64,000 nt of DNA from Octopus vulgaris (Eukaryota), in contig OX597825.1 of NCBI GenBank assembly GCA_951406725.2, positions 71,920,001 to 71,984,000 on the forward strand, given 5' to 3'. The position numbers and the translations under genes were made by a program. Of this stretch, positions 56,055 to 64,000 are shown piece after piece. The notes under the pieces are model-generated. The model ran no database searches. It worked only from the letters and a program-made list of their open reading frames with translations, and had not been told where the DNA came from. Each line of letters opens with the position of its first letter. Within the stretch, counting starts at the first letter, position 1.

Positions 56055-56164
56055 GTATACACATATATGTATATATATATATACACCCATATATATGTAT
56101 ATAAACATATATATATTCATATATGTATATATATATATACACATATATATGTTTATATATGTAC

Positions 56165-56197
<33 letters not shown>

Positions 56198-56332
56198 TCC
56201 ATACATATATACATACATGTATACATACACGCACACACACATACATATACGCAACGTAACGGAGAGAGAGGAAAAGAAACGGAAAGAGATAGAGTACGTG
56301 TATGTTTGTTTGTTTGTTTGTTTGTGTGCTTG

Positions 56333-56371
<39 letters not shown>

Positions 56372-56633
56372 AATATTTTTATTGTAATCAGTGACATGAA
56401 ACTGATAAATTACGACCATTTCCAACCACAAACTATTCGTCATGTACCGCAAGAACGATTAACTAATAATTACAAAATTAGAGCAACAACTGCTGCAGGT
56501 GCTGCTGCTAATGCTGCTGCTAATGCTGCAGCTGCTGGTACCGTTGCAGACATGACTGGGTTCCCCCCCCCTTACTAAATCACTATATGTGTTTAAAAAC
56601 TTTTCAGCTTCCAAAAAATTTCTGCACACAATG

Positions 56634-57097
<464 letters not shown>

Positions 57098-57378
57098 ATA
57101 TGCTGAAGAAAAACACACACACACACACATTTACAAGCGCGCACACACACACGCAAGCACACATGCACGCACGCACGCACACACACACACACGCACACAC
57201 GCACACACACATACCCACGCACGCCCACGCACACACACATGGACGCGCACCCCCCTATACCCAAGCACACACGCACGTGCGCGCACACACGCACAGATAC
57301 GCAAGCACACACACACAGACTGTGCTGAGATAATTCTAAAATACAACATAAACACCTAACGGTATATATTTGTTCTAC

Positions 57379-57462
57379 TCCTCTGAAGAGATTTTACCTA
57401 ATATTACAGTTTAAATAATTGCTATTTAATTTCTTTAGGCTTAATCGAAACAGCTGTAAGGG
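57379..57462 (+). ncRNA. Type I hammerhead ribozyme motif (Penelope-type, minimal stem III)
   Basis: Stem I TCCT/AGGG; core CTGAAGA at 57383-57389; stem II GATT/AATC extended by CCTAA/TTAGG and TTAAATA/TATTTAA; GAAA at 57447-57450; C-AGCT-G palindromic stem III; GTA cleavage triplet ending at 57458. Confidence 0.75.
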
Positions 57463-57849
57463 TTTGTTTGGTTTTTGCAGATAATAAAGTTTTATTAAAT
57501 GGTATATCTCCATTTTTTTACTTTCTTTTATATATGTATATATATATGTATAAATGCATTAGTTTTTATTCTCCTTTCCACTTTATTTGGACATGCGCAT
57601 AGCGTTTTTAGTCTTCTCTTCTGTTCTACGAATCCAGTGTGCACATGGACATTGAGTGTTTAAACAACTTTTTCCGGTTCCTACTCAAAGCTCTTTACAG
57701 ATCACAACCATCTCACGAACTTGCGTTCATGAAGAGCGCATCACGTTCCAAGAGTTGTGAAATATAAAGGAAAGAAAAAAAGGCAGGTCGTATTTTTTAA
57801 AAAGTATTTTATTTTTTATCTCTTGTTTCAGTCGTTGACTTCAACAATG

Positions 57850-58268
57850 CCGGTGTTGGTATCTTTACGTTCGCGTAACATAGCGGCTCGGCAAGAGACC
57901 GATAGAATAAGAACTAGGCTTAAAAAGGAAAAAAAAAATAGTCCCGGTGTCGATTTGCTCGAATACAACCCTTCAATGTGGTGCTCCAGCTTGGCCGCAG
58001 TCAAATTACTGAAGCAAGTAATATATATAATGGAGAAATTGAACAAAATGTATAAATGGGTGATTAATAAAGCATCGACACAGTTTCGATTACCCGTTGT
58101 TATCCATAGATATTCATTTGGCAGGCTCCTTTCATTTTCTCTCTACCAGATCCGTTCAGAAGGCTTCAGTTGGCTCGAAGCTATTGCACAAAACACTTTC
58201 CCAAGGTACCACATAGTGCGGCTGAACTCGGAGCCATGTGGTTGGGAAGCAAACTTATCATACAGCCT
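57850..58268. mobile_element. Diverged SINE family 1 fragments in both orientations
   Basis: 3' half on + (57850-58020) and 5' half on - (58120-58268). Confidence 0.65.
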
Positions 58269-58392
58269 AAAAGGTTAAACAACGAAGATCAAAGAAGAAA
58301 AAAAAAGAAAAAGAAAACGGTACGTTAAAATATACGAGGATATTCGTTGTAGACAACTCGTAGAATAACCCACTAGTATCAGGAGCTGATTG

Positions 58393-59360
58393 TTGTTGTT
58401 GTGTTTGTTCCTTCTCGATCTACGCCTGGCTCATAGGGCCGGTTTCCCGGTTTCTTTGGCGTATAGGTTCCCCACCTGGATGGGACGCCGGTCCGTCGAG
58501 GATGAGCTGCAAGATGCAGGAGGAAAGAGTGAGAGAAAGTTGTGGCGAAAGAGTCAGCAGAAGTTTGCCATTACCTTCTGCCGAAGCCGGTGGAGCTTAG
58601 GTGTTTCGCTCATAAACACACACATCGCGTGGTCTGAGCTACGCCTGGCTCATAGGGTCGGTTTCCCGGTTTCTTTGGCGTATAGGTTCCTCACCTGGAC
58701 GGGACGCCCGTCCGTCGCAGGTGAGCTGCAAGATGCAGGAGGAAAGAGTGAGAGAAAATTGTGGCAAAAGAGTCAGCAGAAGTTTGCCATTACCTTCTGC
58801 CGAAGCCGGTGGAGCTTAGGTGTTTCGCTCATAAACACACACATCGCGTGGTCTGAGCTACGCCTGGCTCATAGGGTCGGTTTCCCGGTTTCTTTGGCGT
58901 ATAGGTTCCTCACCTGGACGGGACGCCCGTCCGTCGCAGGTGAGCTGCAAGATGCAGGATGAAAGAGTGGGAGAAAATTGTGGCAAAAGAGTCAGCAGAA
59001 GTTCGCCATTACCTTCTGCCGAAGCCGGTGGAGCTTAGGTGTTTCGCTCATAAACACACACATCGCGTGGTCTGAGCTACGCCTGGCTCATAGGGTCGGT
59101 TTCCCGGTTTCTTTGGCGTATAGGTTCCTCACCTGGACGGGACGCCCGTCCGTCGCAGGTGAGCTGCAAGATGCAGGATGAAAGAGTGGGAGAAAATTGT
59201 GGCAAAAGAGTCAGCAGAAGTTCGCCATTACCTTCTGCCGAAGCCGGTGGAGCTTAGGTGTTTCGCTCATAAACACACACATCGCCCGGTCTGAGATTCG
59301 AACCCGCGAACCCTCGACCGCGAGTCCGCTGCTCTAACCACTAGGCCATGTGCCTCCACG
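58393..59360 (-). mobile_element. SINE family 4 insertion: one tRNA head, four tandem 219-bp bodies, (AAC)n tail, 11-bp TSD
   Basis: Head TGGCCTAGTGG..GGTTCGAATC at ~59290-59359; TACGCCTGGC at 58421, 58640, 58859 and 59078; TSD GGAGCTGATTG at 58382-58392 and 59361-59371. Confidence 0.92.
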
Positions 59361-60007
59361 GGAGCTGATTGAGCGATGGAATATTTTGCTGCTCGATGAA
59401 AGCAGGTCAGGCGGCTTCGCAGGAGTTTAAGCTGTTGCTCATGCAACCACAGAATAGAAAATACAGGTGTGTAAATCTATTTCCTGACACGTGAGATGTC
59501 ACATCACTTACAGATAAAAGTGGCGCAGCAGGGGTCCCAACAGAACTTTCCTCCATTATGTGGTTTCGCATGCAGCTTCTCACATACGTTTTTATTTATA
59601 CACTCACTTACATTACGCCCTGCATCCACCCACACACAAAGACACAAATGAAGTGTGGCTGTAAGCTAAACACTGGACATTGAATTTTTGTCAAACACCT
59701 ATGAGATTATCGCTTTCGTCCTTCGTTCTATAATTGGCTTACAGGATGTACCTGTCATATCTGAGCTTTTGAGTAATAGTAGCAGTCGCCCAATTTGTGC
59801 TTGTTGTGGTTGTTGTTGTTGTTGTCGCTGATGGTGATGGTAGCGGTAGTGCTGGTGGGGTTTTTTTTTTTTTTTTTGCTATTGTCGGTTAGGGTGGTAT
59901 TGGTAATATTCCGGTCTTTTTGATGTTGGATGAACACACACACGCACACACACACACACACGTGCACACACACACACACACACACACACGTACACACACA
60001 CACACGT

Positions 60008-60038
<31 letters not shown>

Positions 60039-60367
60039 TATATAGGTGTATGATGAATATATGTATGCATATATAATATGCGTATGTATAGTACATGTAA
60101 ACATATATATATATATGTATATATATGAATAATTATATACATTTACATATATAAATGTGTATGTATATATATATGTGTGTGTGTGTATATAAATAATTAT
60201 ATATATTTACATATATAAAAATGTGTATGTATGTATATATATATATACACACATACATACACGCTCAGACACATACATATACGTAGTGTATGTGTGTATG
60301 TATGTACATAATACATATAGTATCTGTAAGTGTGTATATGTATATATAGTATTCGTATGTATGTATG

Positions 60368-60422
<55 letters not shown>

Positions 60423-60748
60423 TTATTGTACATGCATATAAGCGGCGAACTGGTTTGAATTGTTAGAGCGTGGGATAAAGTACCTCGTGATATTTGTTCC
60501 AACTCTTTCCCTCCTGAGTTCAAATGCAGCGTTTGTGCCTAAATCAGTGAATATTATTAAAAGAACGTTGAGCTGGAAAAATCGTTTGAGCGCCGGATAA
60601 AATGCTTCACAATGTTTGGCTCAGTTGTTTACGCTCACAGTGCAAATTCCACGTAGGTAAAATCTTTTGCGTTGATGAAATAAAGCACATAACGTTTCCT
60701 ACTAGCGTCGTTGGTATCAAAACAAAAATCCATTCCTTCAAATATTCT

Positions 60749-61079
60749 GGCGTAGGAGTGGTTGTGTAGTAAGTAGCATGCTTACCAACCACATGGTTCC
60801 GGGTTCAGTCCTACTGCGTGGCACTTTGGGCAAGTGTCTTCTACTATAGCCTCGGGCCGACCAAAGCCTTGTGAGTGGATATGGTAAAGGGAAACTGAAA
60901 GAAGCTCGTCGCATATATACTCTTTTACTTGTGTCAGTCATTTGACTGTGGCCATGCACCAGCACCGCCTTTAGTCGAGCAAATCGACCCCAGGGCTTAT
61001 TCTTTGTAAGCCTAGTACTTATTCTATTGGTCTTTAGCCGAACAGCTAAGTTACGGGGACGTAAACACACCAGCATCGG
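60749..61079. mobile_element. SINE family 1: 5' half on + joined to 3' part on -
   Basis: 60749-60912 forward head; 60919-61079 reverse-complement tail; junction lies in the short (TA)n. Confidence 0.85.
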
Positions 61080-61334
61080 CGCCTTGTATAATAATAATAA
61101 TAATAATTATGATAGTTTCAAATTTTGGCTCAAGGCCAGCAATTTGTTACATCGATTCCAGTAATCAACTGGGACTTAGTTTATTGAGACAGAAACGATG
61201 AAAGGAAGAAGAAGAAGAAGAAGAAGAAGAAGAAGAAGAAGAAGAAGAAGAAGAAGAAGAAGAAGAAGAAGAAGAAGAAGAAGAAGAAGAAGAAGAAGAA
61301 GAAGAAGAAACAACAACAACAATAACAACAGCAA

Positions 61335-61725
61335 CAAAAAGGGTTTTTTTACCACAAGAGCCGCAAAGAAATATTTTGGCCATTTGAGAGACCATAGACA
61401 ATAGGTATTTATATACAAAGCGTGTAAATATTACAATATCAATCAAAAGGAAAATTCTAACATAATTTTCCAATAGGAGCGAAACGCCACCCAGCGGCAA
61501 CCGAGAAACCCCACAGAACCCAAGTCACTAAACGCACTATGAGTGCCAATGCGAATGCTCCTCTTCCCTCCGTACTTTTCCACCCAGAGGTGCATGCTTA
61601 GAGCAGGTCCATTGACTCGGGCCATTCTCGTGACATTCACTCACCTTCTTACAAGTCTACTGAGAGGGAAGCTGCATCTCCCTCGCCACTCCCTCACTTT
61701 ACTTTCCAAGTGGAACGTGTTAAGG
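61335..61725 (-). mobile_element. Tx1-like LINE 3' end (ORF2 C-terminus plus 3' UTR)
   Basis: Minus-strand FHLESKVRE..VNVTRMARVNGPALSMHL; UTR ends GGCTCTTGTGGTAAAAAAA; abuts (GTT)n and (TTC)n. Confidence 0.55.
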
Positions 61726-61888
61726 TCGGGAAGGGCTCCACAGGAAAATATAGTGTTTGTCCCTCAGTCTTTTCAACCTCATGTGTACACACACACACAC
61801 ACATACATACATACATACACACATACACACACACACATACATATATAAACATACATACATAAACATACATACATACACACATAAACAC

Positions 61889-61919
<31 letters not shown>

Positions 61920-62008
61920 TACATACATACATACATACATACATACATACACACACACATACATACATACATAAACATACATACATACATACATACACAC
62001 ATAAACAC

Positions 62009-62041
<33 letters not shown>

Positions 62042-62170
62042 TACATACATACATACATACATACATACATACACACACACACATACACACACATACAACA
62101 TACATACATACATACATACACACATAAACACACACACATACATACATATATACATACATACATACATACA

Positions 62171-62202
<32 letters not shown>

Positions 62203-62439
62203 CATTACAGACCTAATCACGTGCGAAACAATAAGGTGTGTATATTAGAGACCTTATTCACCTGAGTTTCTACCAAATGCGATCAATATTAATTATAGCT
62301 AACCGACACACCTGGCTAGATATCATATACACACACAAGCATAGACACACACACACACACACGTATACACGTGCACGCGCGCAAATAAATACACGCTATC
62401 GCACATGTCCTTTCTGTAACGGAACATAGCTATCAAACA

Positions 62440-62586
62440 CTGTCGACGAGGACAATGACAGGTAAGACATCAATTATGACAATGAGGACGATGTTGACGA
62501 TGATGATGACGATGATGATGATGATGATGGTGGTGGTGAGGTGGTGGTGGTGGTGGTGGTGGTGGTGGTGATGATGACGATGATAG

Positions 62587-62638
<52 letters not shown>

Positions 62639-63198
62639 GGTGGTGGTGGTGGTGGTGATGATGACGATGATAGTGATGGTGGGGTGTTGTTGTTGTGGTG
62701 GTGGCGGTGGTTGTGGTGACGGTGGTTTTGATGATGATGCTGCTGCTGATGGTGGTGATGGTGGTAGTGGTAATGATAGTGATGGTGGGGGTGTTGTTGT
62801 TGTGGTGGTGGTGGTGGTGGTGGTGGGGGTTGCGGGGTGTATTGGTGATGGTGGTTTTGATGATGATGGTGGTGGTGGTGGTGGTAGTGATGGTGGGGTG
62901 TTGTGGTGGTGGTGGTGGTGGTGGTTGTGGGGTGGAGTTGTGATGGTGGTCATGACAATGATGATGATGGCGAATAACGAAGTGGTTAGGAGTAGTGAGA
63001 GGATGAAGAGAGGCAGGCGGAGGAGGAGAAAGTGCAACAGCAAGATGGATATGATTTGTTGTTGTTGTCGTTGTTGTTGTTGATGATGACAATGGCGTGT
63101 ATTGTTGGTGGCGCCAACGAAAGGGGGGGACATCAACGATGACAACCACGACCACCACCACGAAAATGACGACGACGACAACGACCACGATAATGATA

Positions 63199-63254
<56 letters not shown>

Positions 63255-63460
63255 GGTGGTGGTGGTGATGATGATGATGATGATGATGATGACGATGACG
63301 ATGATGAATATGAAGATGGCGAATAATGAAGTGGCTAACCACAACGAAGCAATCCATCCCTCTCCTACCCTACCCTCACCACCACCACCATCACCACCAC
63401 CAACACAACCACCACCATCACCACCACCACCAACACCTCCACCACCACCTCCAAACAACT
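62440..63460. repeat. Trinucleotide low-complexity tract (GAT/GGT/CAC)
   Basis: Direct inspection; similar tracts at 15010-15300, 17068-17392, 22730-23030, 23430-23730, 36130-36720, 37050-37290 and 49815-50060. Confidence 0.95.
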
Positions 63461-63857
63461 GTAACCCCCCCCCAAAAAAAAACCACTCATTCAACTAGTC
63501 CGGATGAAGAGGCCATTTTTCTCTGTCATTTTGCTATTAAGAGAAAATAACCCCTTGGAAAATACTCACATTTATCCGTTTATAGGTGCTAACCTCACGC
63601 ACGCACACACACACACACACACGCACAAACATACATATATAAAGATGCATATGCGTACATAGAGACACGCACACATACGAGAGCATGTGCGTATATAATT
63701 ATGTTTGTGTATACTTACCTGTGTCTCTTGATAGATTTACCTGCGACTCATTAAATGCACTAATCGACAAAATGGTGTCTTCGGCACAAATATAGATTTG
63801 CACACACATATACATACACACACACACAAACACACACACACAAACACATATATATAC

Positions 63858-63890
<33 letters not shown>

Positions 63891-64000
63891 CATACATAAT
63901 ACATACATAAGTCAAAGCATGCACAAATGCATACAAATATATATTTCCATAGATATATACATACATCATATACACATATATACATGATCATATATATATA

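Noticed and set aside
58390-59181. Repeat-protein ORFs or a CRISPR-like array
   Set aside because: Antisense reading of tandem SINE bodies; no unique spacers and no cas genes; eukaryotic context
62433-63494. 353-aa ORF, the longest in the window
   Set aside because: Trinucleotide low-complexity sequence, open in several frames on both strands

Overview
Eukaryotic, AT-rich DNA saturated with microsatellites. The SINE families match what I recall of Octopus OK/OR-type tRNA-SINEs, so a coleoid cephalopod origin is an inference. No confident protein-coding gene is present; almost all listed ORFs are translations of simple repeats. Real content is a layered mobilome: about 30 tRNA-derived SINE copies from 3-4 families; fragments of RTE, R4/Dong, Tx1-like, CR1/L2-like and Penelope retroelements; Tc1, mariner and maT-like transposon remnants; and a complete non-autonomous Helitron. 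Most notable: (1) several minimal type I hammerhead-ribozyme motifs in short elements, usually next to (TA)n, one near-canonical at 57379-57462; (2) one TSD-bounded SINE insertion with a single tRNA head and four tandem 219-bp bodies at 58382-59371; (3) a SINE and a CR1/L2-like LINE sharing a 3' tail whose stem-loop shows compensatory changes; (4) a GC-rich, self-complementary ~215-nt segment at 14484-14700; (5) a 136-bp palindrome at 6891-7026; (6) a weak three-exon gene model on the minus strand at 9924-11513. All coordinates and pairings were read by eye; boundaries of degenerate elements are approximate.
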